Shown: piece by piece, positions 24,578 to 32,000 of the stretch | How the letters are laid out: every line of letters begins with the position of its first letter | Position numbering within the stretch: the first letter of the stretch is position 1 | NCBI RefSeq assembly: GCF_000014785.1 | Contig: NC_008340.1 | Coordinates: forward strand, 1,980,001 to 2,012,000 | Reading direction: 5' to 3' | Source: Alkalilimnicola ehrlichii MLHE-1 | GTDB lineage: Bacteria; Pseudomonadota; Gammaproteobacteria; Nitrococcales; Halorhodospiraceae | Length of the DNA stretch: 32,000 nt | Position numbers and translations under genes: made by a program | Notes under the pieces: model-generated | Database searches by the model: none | Told to the model about the DNA's origin: nothing | Seen by the model: the letters and a program-made list of their open reading frames with translations, nothing else

Positions 24578-25405
24578 TCAACCGGTCAGCACTTTCATCG
24601 ATAGGGTGCTCATCTCGCCCTGGGGCAGCGGCGGCGAGGTGGGGCTTCCGGAGACGGACGACGTGTGCACATGGGTGGCGAACAGGCTCAGGAAGCTCTG
24701 ACCCTTGATCAGCGGCTCGCCGCCGGCCCCGCCCAGCATCACCTGATTGCCATCGAGCACGATCTGCGCGCCCTTCACGGTCACGCCGCTCGGCGCCATC
24801 TCGATCTTGTTGCCATTGGCGTCCTCCACGGTGGTGCCGGTGGTGGTGAGCACCAGGGTGTTGCCGTTGGCATCCTCCACCCGAAGCTGGTTGTTCTCGG
24901 CGTCCAGCACCACGGTGGCGCCGCCGGCGTCGGTGAGCGTCAGCCCCCCTTCCGGGTTCATGTCCACGTGCGCGCCGCCGCCGTGCTCCAGGCGCACCTG
25001 TTCGGCATCGTCCCGCTCCTCGAAGACCAGCCGGTGGCCCTTGGGGGTGCGGAAGACCCGGGTGCTGGGTGCGGCATCGGACTCGCGCGCCACCTCGTCG
25101 GGCACCTCCTCGGCGTTGCGCCAGAAGGTGCCGGTCCAGATGGGGTGCTCGGTATCGCCCCCCTCGAACTCCACCCAGACCTGGGCGCCCACCTCGGGCA
25201 CCGAGAACAGCCCCTGGCCCTCCTTGCCGCCAAAGGGCAGACAGGGCAGCGCCCAGTGACTGATGCGATCCCCCCAGACGGACGGCACCCGCACCTGGAC
25301 CCGCCCGCGCCGCTGGGAGTCGGCGTTGTCCACCACCACCCCGCGGTACTTGCCGTAGCGCCGCTCCTGGGCCTGCCGGACCAGTTGCTTGATGACATCG
25401 TCCAC
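24578..25405 (-). CDS. Phage baseplate assembly protein V / Vgr-like spike (Afp8 C-terminal-like)
   Basis: YGKYRGVVVDNADSQRRGRVQVRVPSVWGDRISHWALPCLPFGGKEGQGLFSVPEVGAQVWVEFEGGDTEHPIWTGTFW followed by a beta-rich repeat region (NNQLRVEDANGNTLVLTTTGTTVEDANGNKIEMAPSGVTVKGAQ). GTG start. Confidence 0.92.
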   Translation of the reverse strand: MDDVIKQLVRQAQERRYGKYRGVVVDNADSQRRGRVQVRVPSVWGDRISHWALPCLPFGGKEGQGLFSVPEVGAQVWVEFEGGDTEHPIWTGTFWRNAEEVPDEVARESDAAPSTRVFRTPKGHRLVFEERDDAEQVRLEHGGGAHVDMNPEGGLTLTDAGGATVVLDAENNQLRVEDANGNTLVLTTTGTTVEDANGNKIEMAPSGVTVKGAQIVLDGNQVMLGGAGGEPLIKGQSFLSLFATHVHTSSVSGSPTSPPLPQGEMSTLSMKVLTG

Positions 25406-25453
25406 CGTCGTCCTCCTCTGTTGCGTTGCCCGTTGGGGCCCGCCGCCGCCCGT

Positions 25454-26608
25454 TCAGAGCACCCCCGCCAGCCGGGAAGCGACCGGGGCGGCGGTCTCCA
25501 CGTTGTCGCCGTAGGCGTTGCGCAGCAGTTGAAAGCGCTGGAAGTAGCCGTCGGGGCTGAAGTGATGGGCCACCCGGTCGACGTAGTAAAGCCCGCTCAG
25601 CCGCTCGCCCAGGCCGTCCACCGGCACCGGCCGGCCCGGGCGCAGCACGTGGCCGTAGAGGCTGCCGTCCAGCTCGCCGTCGGCCTGCAGGCGGTGCAGG
25701 TCGTATTCGTTGATGCGAGCCTGGGCCCGGGCCTCGAGCTGCTCGGCGGCATCGCCCCCCTCCCCGCTCAGGGTGTCTACATTGGGCTCCAGGCCGCCGC
25801 CCCGGCTGTCGGCCCGCTCCGGCCCCATGGGGGGCAGCGTGGAGAACATCTGCAGCGTGCGCGAGTCGTCATCCTCGCGCTCCGCCGGCACCTCCACCTG
25901 GAGCAGGTCCGGCAGGTGGCCGTCGGCGCTGACGTTGAGCCGCAGGCAGTTGGTGGCCTGGCCGGCGTAGACCTGGATGGTGGCCTGGGCCCCGGCGCCG
26001 TCCAGGCGGTAGGGCCCGAAGTAGACCTCGTCCGGGTAGAAGATCAGCTCGTAGTTGTTCTCCTCGGCGCGCTTGCGCAGGAACTGGATATCGGAGCTGT
26101 CCTGCGGCAGTTCCACCAGCCCCTGCTGGCCGCTCTTGCTGTCCGGGCTGAGGGCGAGGCCGTAGTGGCTGAGGATCTCCTCGATGATCACCCGGTCGCT
26201 GACCGGGGCCTCCTCGTCGCCCCAGGGCTCGCGCTGGTGGGTGCGGTCCAGGCGCAGGGACTGGTCCTGGCACTCGACCACGACCTCCGCCTCACCGGCG
26301 CTCTCCGGGAAGTCGGCGTTGACCTCGCGGATATAGCCCTTGAACAGGCGCTCCTCGTCATCGCCGAAGACGATGGCCAGGGTGATCTCCGCCCAGGGCC
26401 GCAACAGCGCGTCGTCCTGGATACCCCAGCTCCCCAGCTCATCGCGCACGGTGGCCAGGCGCAGGGTCGCGGTCCAGGCCTCCTCCCGGCTGGTGTCCAC
26501 CTCCAACTCGCGGAGGAAGGGGTAGTACTCCGGCACCTCCTGGTCGTGGAGGTAGATCCGGCACTCCGCCGGGGCCCGCTGTTCGCCGCTGAGCAGATCG
26601 AGCACCAT
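25454..26608 (-). CDS. Phage late control D family / Vgr hub-like protein (Afp8 N-terminal-like)
   Basis: AECRIYLHDQEVPEYYPFLRELEVDTSREEAWTATLRLATV...LFKGYIREVNADFPESAGEAEVVVECQDQSLRLDRTHQ...VIIEEILSHYGLALSPDSKSGQQGLVELPQDSSDIQFLRKRAEENNYELIFYPDEVYFGP; position immediately upstream of the spike gene. Confidence 0.85.
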   Translation of the reverse strand: MVLDLLSGEQRAPAECRIYLHDQEVPEYYPFLRELEVDTSREEAWTATLRLATVRDELGSWGIQDDALLRPWAEITLAIVFGDDEERLFKGYIREVNADFPESAGEAEVVVECQDQSLRLDRTHQREPWGDEEAPVSDRVIIEEILSHYGLALSPDSKSGQQGLVELPQDSSDIQFLRKRAEENNYELIFYPDEVYFGPYRLDGAGAQATIQVYAGQATNCLRLNVSADGHLPDLLQVEVPAEREDDDSRTLQMFSTLPPMGPERADSRGGGLEPNVDTLSGEGGDAAEQLEARAQARINEYDLHRLQADGELDGSLYGHVLRPGRPVPVDGLGERLSGLYYVDRVAHHFSPDGYFQRFQLLRNAYGDNVETAAPVASRLAGVL

Positions 26609-26611
26609 GGC

Positions 26612-26911
26612 CTACTCCCTCGCCCGGGGGATCAGCAGCGTCTCGCCGGCGTATTCATCCAGCAGGATCACGCCGGCGAAGAGCAGGTCCGGGTTAGCGT
26701 CGATAATCCGCCACCACAACCGGCTGTCGCGGTAGTAGTAATGGGCCAGGGCGTCCAGGCGTTCGCCCTTGGCGATGGTGTGTTCGATCACGCCGCTGGC
26801 CGGCCCGATGGCGCGTGGCCGGATCCCCGGGAAGTCGGGCTCGCCGTCGGCCCCCGCGCTGAAGCGGCGGGCGGCGCGGGGTTTATGGTAGCGGGACTGG
26901 CGCAACAGCAT
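26612..26911 (-). CDS. Small LysM-like tail protein (tail protein X-like)
   Basis: GVIEHTIAKGERLDALAHYYYRDSRLWWRIIDANPDLLFAGVILLDEYAGETLLIPRARE matches the LysM/gpX pattern (GxRLDxLAxxYYxDxxLWWxIxxANP). ATGA overlap with upstream gene. Confidence 0.82.
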   Translation of the reverse strand: MLLRQSRYHKPRAARRFSAGADGEPDFPGIRPRAIGPASGVIEHTIAKGERLDALAHYYYRDSRLWWRIIDANPDLLFAGVILLDEYAGETLLIPRARE

Positions 26912-27564
26912 CAGCTCATCCCTCCAGACAGATGGCCGGGGGCGGTGGCACTGTGCAGCGCCGCGCTGGCGGCCTGGCGGATCTTCTCCTCGCGGTAGAA
27001 GGGGTTGTTGCCCTCGATGACCTGCAGGCTCAGGGTCACCGTCGCCCGGTAGGGCACCAGGCTGGGCAGGTGCGCCGTCTCCTGAACGTCGATGCCCTTG
27101 AGAAAGACCGGCAGCACATGACTGCCCCAGAGGAACAGCAGCACCGAGGCGCTCTCGTCGCGCTGGAAGGCGCGCTGCCCGCCCATGCCCAGGCTGGCCA
27201 GGGTCTGCATCCCGTCCGGGCCCTGCACCTTGGGCTCGACCATGGAGCGCAGGGTGTCCAGCTCCGGCTCCACCCCGGAGGCGCTGGCCACCGGGTCGCC
27301 CTGCCCCATGCGGTCGGTCGCATCCAGGAGGATCTCCACATCGAAGCCCTCCGGCTCCACGCTCACCCCCTGGGAGACGCGGGGGGTCTCGGAGGGCGAC
27401 TGGAAGTCGTAGCCGCCCCGGGTGGCGGGGGTGTCGGCCAGGGTGATCTCCACGCTGCGGCTGCGCGATAGGGTCTCCGGGTTGAACTCGAAGACCAGGG
27501 TGAGCGGGGAGGCGCTCTGCGCGTACTCCACCAGGACGCCGCGTACATGCCGGCCCATGGTCAC
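26911..27564 (-). CDS. CIS tube protein / Afp7-like protein
   Basis: VEYAQSASPLTLVFEFNPETLSRSRSVEI...VSVEPEGFDVEILLDATDRMGQGDPVASASGVEPELDTLRSMVEP...ASVLLFLWGSHVLPVFLKGIDVQETAHLPSLVPYRATVTLSLQVIEGNNPFY: the FxFNPxxLxRxR ... GVxPxLxxLxxMxxP ... LFxWG layout of the eCIS Afp7 family. Confidence 0.85.
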   Translation of the reverse strand: MTMGRHVRGVLVEYAQSASPLTLVFEFNPETLSRSRSVEITLADTPATRGGYDFQSPSETPRVSQGVSVEPEGFDVEILLDATDRMGQGDPVASASGVEPELDTLRSMVEPKVQGPDGMQTLASLGMGGQRAFQRDESASVLLFLWGSHVLPVFLKGIDVQETAHLPSLVPYRATVTLSLQVIEGNNPFYREEKIRQAASAALHSATAPGHLSGGMS

Positions 27565-27791
27565 ACCGCCCCCGGCAGCTGCGCCCGGATGGCGCGGGCG
27601 ATGCAGTCGGCAGCCTGTCGGTCGCTGGCCCCGGCGGGCAGCGTCACCGGGCCGACCTGGAGCCGGGCCAGGTCCGCCGATCCGGCCGTGGGGGCGTCCG
27701 CCAGTGCCCGACCCAGCAGGCGTACGATATGCGGCGCGCGCCCGGCGTAGCCCTCGGGCAGTTGCAGGCGCAGGTGGTGGATATCAATCAT
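27561..27791 (-). CDS. Small conserved-looking 76-aa ORF between ATPase and tube-like genes
   Basis: MIDIHHLRLQLPEGYAGRAPHIVRLLGRALADAPTAGSADLARLQVGPVTLPAGASDRQAADCIARAIRAQLPGAV. Start overlaps the ATPase stop by 8 bp; stop overlaps the next start by 4 bp. Confidence 0.7.
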   Translation of the reverse strand: MIDIHHLRLQLPEGYAGRAPHIVRLLGRALADAPTAGSADLARLQVGPVTLPAGASDRQAADCIARAIRAQLPGAV

Positions 27792-29136
27792 GCAGCACCT
27801 CCTGAGGCAGGTGGGGAGCCAGATCACCCAGCTCCCGGGGGGTTTGTTCCCGGCCGTCCTTGCCCAGCTCCCGCCAGACCGCCAGGGCGACCTCCGCCAG
27901 ACCGATGGCGCACTCCCGCCCGGCGGCCAGGTAGGCGGCGTGCAGGGCGGCATTGCGGATACCGCCGCCGGTGAGGTTGACTGAGCGGGCCAGCAGTTCC
28001 AGATCCAGGTCGGGCGCCCGCGGGGCCCGCGGCGGCAGCAACCGGCCCCACAGTGCGGCCCGCCCGGCGACGCCGGGGCGCGGGAAGGTCACCACCATCT
28101 GAAAGCGGCGGGCAAAGGCGCTGTCCATCTGCTTGCGCATGTTGGTCGTGAGGATGCAAGGGCCCCGGTGGGCCTCGATGCGCGCCAGAAGATGGCTGAC
28201 TTCCATGTTGGCGTAGCGGTCGCGGGCCTCCTTGACCTCGCCCCGCTTGGCGAACAGGGCGTCGGCCTCGTCGAACTGCAGCACCATGGGCTGGCGGTGG
28301 GCGGCGTCGAAGAGCTGGTTGAGGTTCTTCTCCGTCTCACCGATGTACTTGCTGACCAGGCGCCCCAGGTCCACCCGGTAGAGCGGCCAGCCCAGGCTGT
28401 TGGCAATGACGCTGGCGGCCAGGGTCTTGCCGGTGCCGGAGGGGCCGTTGAACAGCGCGATGGGCCCGCCCACCGATTGGCCGCCCCAGCGCTCCACCAC
28501 CGTCTCCCGGTGCTGCAGCCACATCAGATACTCGCGCAACTGGGCCCGGTGAGGGGCCGGCAGCACCAGGTCGTCCCAGCCGGCGGGGTTGTCCACCGGC
28601 ACCGCACCGGGGGGCGCCGGCGGCGCCTGGCGGACGCCGCGCAGGCGCGCACCGAGGCCGGGCTCCGGGGTGAGCGGCGCGTAGGGATCGCCGTCGCGGG
28701 CGCGCAGCAGGCCGCGACGGCGCAGCGGTGCGCCGGCGTCCAGGGCCTGCTCCAGCAGCCGGGCCTGGTGCGGGGCGAGCGCCAGCAGCTCCTGGACCAG
28801 GGCCCGCGAGGGGTAGGGCTGCGGGCTGCCCGGTTGCAGATTCTGGAACATCCAGCCCACCCGCGGCTCCATATCGGGCCCCAGGACGCAGGCCAACAGG
28901 TCCCACTCGACAGGCTCCAGGCCCAGCCCCAGGGCGCGCTCCCAGGCACCGTCCGGGGCCCGTAGCCGCTCCACCTGGTGTTGCAGCCGCTGGAGCTGCT
29001 TCAGTGCCGGCCGATCGGGGTCCTGGCCCTGACGGCTGCGCGACAGGCAGTAACCGAGGTATTGCAGCCGGTCCCACTCCGGCTGCAACTGCTCGGCGAT
29101 GGGCAGGGCCTCGTCGGCGGCGGCCGCGGCGTTCAT
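27784..29136 (-). CDS. AAA+ ATPase, Afp15-like
   Basis: Walker A GPSGTGKTLAASVIANSLGWPLYRVDLGRLVSKYIGETEKNLNQLFDAAHRQPMVLQFDEADALFAKRGEVKEARDRYANMEVSHLLARIEAHRGPCILTTNMRKQMDSAFARRFQMVVTFP (Walker B LQFDEADALF, sensor and Arg finger). Confidence 0.95.
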   Translation of the reverse strand: MNAAAAADEALPIAEQLQPEWDRLQYLGYCLSRSRQGQDPDRPALKQLQRLQHQVERLRAPDGAWERALGLGLEPVEWDLLACVLGPDMEPRVGWMFQNLQPGSPQPYPSRALVQELLALAPHQARLLEQALDAGAPLRRRGLLRARDGDPYAPLTPEPGLGARLRGVRQAPPAPPGAVPVDNPAGWDDLVLPAPHRAQLREYLMWLQHRETVVERWGGQSVGGPIALFNGPSGTGKTLAASVIANSLGWPLYRVDLGRLVSKYIGETEKNLNQLFDAAHRQPMVLQFDEADALFAKRGEVKEARDRYANMEVSHLLARIEAHRGPCILTTNMRKQMDSAFARRFQMVVTFPRPGVAGRAALWGRLLPPRAPRAPDLDLELLARSVNLTGGGIRNAALHAAYLAAGRECAIGLAEVALAVWRELGKDGREQTPRELGDLAPHLPQEVLHD

Positions 29137-30146
29137 GCGCCCTCCTGGTACAGGGTGATCAGCAGCGGGTTGGAGCGCCGCAGCAGCGTGCGGCCGTCGG
29201 TCGCCCGCGGGTAACTGCGCTCGGCATAGAGCAGTAGCTGGCCGGACCGGTCATCGAAGGGCAGCGCCACCGTGTGCAGGCTGGCGTCCGCCAGCCCCTC
29301 GGGGTGGATGGCCGCCTCCGTCAGGGTGACCTCGGTGCCCCCAGGGTGGGGCTGCCAGCCCTGCTGGTCGTCCCAGACCTCCCAACGCAGGGTGACCTCG
29401 GTACCGGGCTCTCCCACCACCCAGACCTGCGGGGTAAACCCTGCCAGTTCGTCACTGCCCACGGCGAAGGTGAGCGACTGCACCAGGGCCCCCTGGTGCA
29501 CCAGGCTCGCGGCCGGGGCCCAGTCCTCGCGACCGGTCTCGGGACGCATGCGGGTGACGGTGGCGCCGGCGGTGGTGGTGGTGCCACCCCCGGCCATGCC
29601 GCCCACCTCCAGGCCCAGGGTGCCGACCCGGGGCGGCTCCACGTGGCGATGTTGCGGGATCACCGGTGCCAGCGAGACCTCGAACAGCACCGACGGGCGG
29701 TAAATGGTGTCGCCCTGGGTGGCCCAGAGCTGGTTGATCTGCTCCACGCCCAGCGTCTGGAAGACCACCTGCAGGTGGAAGGGCTCACCGTCCGCCTCCA
29801 ACTGGAACACCGGCGTCTCCTGGAAGACCCGCAGCACCTCGCCGATGATGCGCAGGTCGTTCTCGCCGCTGCTCACCGCCTCCTCGGCCACCGCGAAGGG
29901 GGTGGCCAGGCAGTACATGCGCAGGTACTGGGTCTCGCCCGGCAGGGTGTCACCATCAAAGCCGGAGGGCTCGAAGCGGAAGAAGAAGAGATTGAGGTTG
30001 TGTTCGCCATCCTGCTCGGAGGTGGCCGCATCCCCCGGGCTGCCCAGGAGCACATGGACCTTGGTATCCAGACCGTCGAACTCGCCACCCAGGTATTGCG
30101 CCAGGCCCTTGCAGACCTGGGCCACGGAGGAGGCCACCAGGGCCAT
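29133..30146 (-). CDS. DUF4255 / Pvc16 N-terminal domain protein (Afp16-like sheath/tube terminator)
   Basis: MALVASSVAQVCKGLAQYLGGEF...VHVLLGSPGDAATSEQDGEHNLNLFFFRFEPSGFDGDTLPGETQYLRMYCLATPFAV...ENDLRIIGEVLRVFQETPVF. ATG at 30146 with GGAGG 8 nt upstream, preferred over the TTG at 30152. Confidence 0.9.
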   Translation of the reverse strand: MALVASSVAQVCKGLAQYLGGEFDGLDTKVHVLLGSPGDAATSEQDGEHNLNLFFFRFEPSGFDGDTLPGETQYLRMYCLATPFAVAEEAVSSGENDLRIIGEVLRVFQETPVFQLEADGEPFHLQVVFQTLGVEQINQLWATQGDTIYRPSVLFEVSLAPVIPQHRHVEPPRVGTLGLEVGGMAGGGTTTTAGATVTRMRPETGREDWAPAASLVHQGALVQSLTFAVGSDELAGFTPQVWVVGEPGTEVTLRWEVWDDQQGWQPHPGGTEVTLTEAAIHPEGLADASLHTVALPFDDRSGQLLLYAERSYPRATDGRTLLRRSNPLLITLYQEGA

Positions 30147-30148
30147 CG

Positions 30149-31201
30149 TCAAAACCTCCGCAGGTAGTTACGGGAGAGTGCGGCGCGATCCGATGTCGAT
30201 GGGCGGCGCCCCTTCCGGGCCGGGGGGTCGGCGTTGACCACCACCACCTCGACCTGGCCGATGCGGACCTGTGGGGTTGACCGGGCCGCATGCGTCGACT
30301 CCGGGCCGGGCTCCGGCGCGGGGCCGGCGTGGAAGGCGGCGCCGTCGCCGGAGGGGTCGCCGGACGGCTCCGCCCGGGTGACCGCCTCGACGGGCTCGGG
30401 TGCTGCCGCCGGCTCGGGCCGGTCCGCAGTGGCGGTGAACCCGCCCGTCGAGGGCGCCCCGACAGGGGCCGGGCCGGACGCCGGAAACCCCTCAGTGGCC
30501 GGGGCCTCCGGCGGGTCGGTCCGGTCGACCCCGCTCGGCGGAGCACCGGTGCCCCGCCGGGGGCGGGTATAGGGTTCAGAAGGGGTGTCGGCTCCCGGAT
30601 TCCCTCTCGTTGACCGCTTGCTCACACTGGCGTTTGAGTCAGCTGTCTCCAGTCGTCTTGCGGTTGAAGGACTTTCCTTTTCATTGCCGGTTTCCGTGAC
30701 TTCAGCCTTCACGCTCAGTCTTTCCTTTTCCAAAGTCGTCGAAGCACTGTGTACGTCTACGGACCGTGCGTTGTCGTCAACCGTTGCAGACCGATCAACA
30801 GATCCTCTTTCACCTGCGATCCCATTGCGGTCACGCACGGCAGTCGCCGGTTTGTTCATCGACCCAGTCTTTCCATTTACCGTAGTTCGACGTTCAACAT
30901 ACTGCTCCCCGGCGACGGGGGGCCCGGCCTCTGCCCTGTGACGGGCGCCGGGCAAAGGGAGAGCGGTATTGCCGGAGGGTGCTCTCCCGGCCGGCTTACC
31001 GCGCTCCGACACCTGGGGAGGTCGCCCCTCCCCGGCCTTCTGAAACCGGTACACGGTTGCTGCACCGTCCTCGTCCTCCTCCGGCGGTGGGGCCGGACTC
31101 TCGTCCGGCTCCGCCTCCCCGGCGGGGCTGCGCCAGAGGGTGGTCCCCCCCGGGCGAAGGGGACGGCGCGCGTCCCGCAGAACATCGTGTAAAAAGCGCA
31201 T
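30149..31201 (-). CDS. Intrinsically disordered eCIS-associated protein with terminal motifs
   Basis: Open 350-aa frame in operon context. Pro/Ala/Glu/Ser/Thr-rich middle, with N-terminal MRFLHDVLRDA and C-terminal QVRIGQVEVVVVNADPP...AALSRNYLRRF (VRIGQVEVVVVNA encoded at 30230-30268). Confidence 0.7.
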   Translation of the reverse strand: MRFLHDVLRDARRPLRPGGTTLWRSPAGEAEPDESPAPPPEEDEDGAATVYRFQKAGEGRPPQVSERGKPAGRAPSGNTALPLPGARHRAEAGPPVAGEQYVERRTTVNGKTGSMNKPATAVRDRNGIAGERGSVDRSATVDDNARSVDVHSASTTLEKERLSVKAEVTETGNEKESPSTARRLETADSNASVSKRSTRGNPGADTPSEPYTRPRRGTGAPPSGVDRTDPPEAPATEGFPASGPAPVGAPSTGGFTATADRPEPAAAPEPVEAVTRAEPSGDPSGDGAAFHAGPAPEPGPESTHAARSTPQVRIGQVEVVVVNADPPARKGRRPSTSDRAALSRNYLRRF

Positions 31202-31220
31202 GCGGCCTCCTTGCGATGGC

Positions 31221-31988
31221 CTATTGCGTCATCCCCCTGGCGCGGTCGATCAGCCTGAGATAGGCCTCGCGCCGTTCCCGCGGAAGGTCCAGGATCTCCC
31301 GCTCGCTCCAGTGATAATGCGTGGCCAGATTGTGCACCTGCGCCAGCAGGCTGTCCGGGGCGCGCCCCAACAGGCTGTAGGGGTTAAGCACCACGCGGTT
31401 GTCGTGTTCGCAGTGCGGGCACGGCGCCTGCGCCTGGCTGACCACCCCGGGCGAGACGGCGTCCATGGCCCGGTCGACGGCCTCGTGCCCCGCCTCACCC
31501 AACTCGGCCACGTCGGCCCCACTGGGGGCGAGCAGGCAGCGCTGCAACAGGGCCTCCACATCACCGGCCTCGGCCAACGACTCCTGGTCAGCGCCGTTGG
31601 GCAGGCGAAAGCGCCAGTTCCGGCCCTGCCAGTCCACCGCCACCTCCGGAAAGGTCGGCCCCGCCGGATCGGTGGGCAGGCAGGCCAGGTCGAGCTGAAA
31701 GTCGAAGGCCTCGCCACAGCCGGCACAGCGGGCCGACATCCAGGCGTGGCGCTCACCAAAGTGCACCGCCAGCGCACGCATGAGGTGCTGGCGGTCGGCC
31801 ACGCACAGGCGGCGCACCCGCTCGGTGCTCGCCGGCCCGCCGGCCAGCGCCTCCAGCGCGGTGGCCAACACCGCGGTCACCGCCGCGGGGGTGGAAGGCG
31901 CGGTCCGGGCCGCTTCGAGCAATGCCATCTCCAGCGCCCCGTCCACCGGCTTGAAGCGGAAGTCCCGTCGCCGCTCGCCCGCCTCCAA
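31221..31988 (-). CDS. T4 baseplate-like (gp26-type) protein with zinc-ribbon cysteines; 5' end may lie outside the window
   Basis: MRALAVHFGERHAWMSARCAGCGEAFDFQLDLACLPT...LPNGADQESLAEAGDVEALLQRCLL...QAPCPHCEHDNRVVLNPYSLL...IHxLATHYHWSEREILDLPRERREAYLRLID-like tail. The listed start is TTG, and the frame remains open to base 32000. Confidence 0.75.
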   Translation of the reverse strand: MEAGERRRDFRFKPVDGALEMALLEAARTAPSTPAAVTAVLATALEALAGGPASTERVRRLCVADRQHLMRALAVHFGERHAWMSARCAGCGEAFDFQLDLACLPTDPAGPTFPEVAVDWQGRNWRFRLPNGADQESLAEAGDVEALLQRCLLAPSGADVAELGEAGHEAVDRAMDAVSPGVVSQAQAPCPHCEHDNRVVLNPYSLLGRAPDSLLAQVHNLATHYHWSEREILDLPRERREAYLRLIDRARGMTQ

Positions 31989-32000
31989 CAGTCCTCCCGG

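Noticed and set aside
1-32000. CRISPR array, tRNA, rRNA, transposase or integrase
   Set aside because: No regularly spaced repeats, no tRNA/rRNA-like sequence, and no transposase- or recombinase-like ORF noticed by eye. A tool-based scan would be needed to exclude them formally.
10656-32000. Complete myophage prophage or type VI secretion system
   Set aside because: Within the window there are no capsid, portal, terminase, lysis or repressor genes, and no TssJLM-like membrane-complex or ClpV genes. The Afp15-type ATPase, Pvc16-type protein and DUF4157 protein point to eCIS. Sequence beyond 32 kb is needed to be certain.

Overview
This is a high-GC (about 70%) bacterial window with two parts. 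Positions 1 to about 10.6 kb hold ordinary chromosomal genes: a divergent ribose-phosphate pyrophosphokinase-like protein, a kinase-like protein, a phosphoribosyltransferase, a CapA-family protein, an endonuclease IV-type AP endonuclease, a secreted hypothetical protein, an M20 peptidase, a PhoU-like protein plus Na/Pi symporter pair, and a CBS-pair protein. Positions about 10.65 to 32 kb are one minus-strand operon-like block encoding much of an extracellular contractile injection system (eCIS, phage-tail-like particle of the Afp/PVC/Streptomyces-CIS superfamily). In transcription order it contains: a zinc-ribbon T4 baseplate-like protein, a disordered linker protein, a DUF4255/Pvc16_N-like cap or terminator protein, an AAA+ ATPase (Afp15-like), a 76-aa ORF, a CIS tube/LysM-type protein (Afp7-like), a small LysM-like tail protein, a late-control-D hub, a gpV/Vgr spike, gp25 (Afp9-like), two baseplate J-like wedge proteins, a P2-I-like tail protein, a DUF6519/beta-helix-like protein, a giant 1448-aa eCIS-core (DUF4157, HELTH) protein ending in an apparent RGH-type nuclease domain and a helix-hairpin-helix-like tail, and a small multi-TM protein. 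Sheath, tube, length-control and classical fibre genes are not visible and may lie to the right of 32 kb. The most interesting candidates are the giant DUF4157-nuclease protein as a probable cargo/toxin, its adjacent membrane protein, the beta-helix protein, and the low-GC disordered protein. Pho-box-like repeats also precede the Na/Pi symporter. All family names come from recognising sequence motifs; no database search was run.
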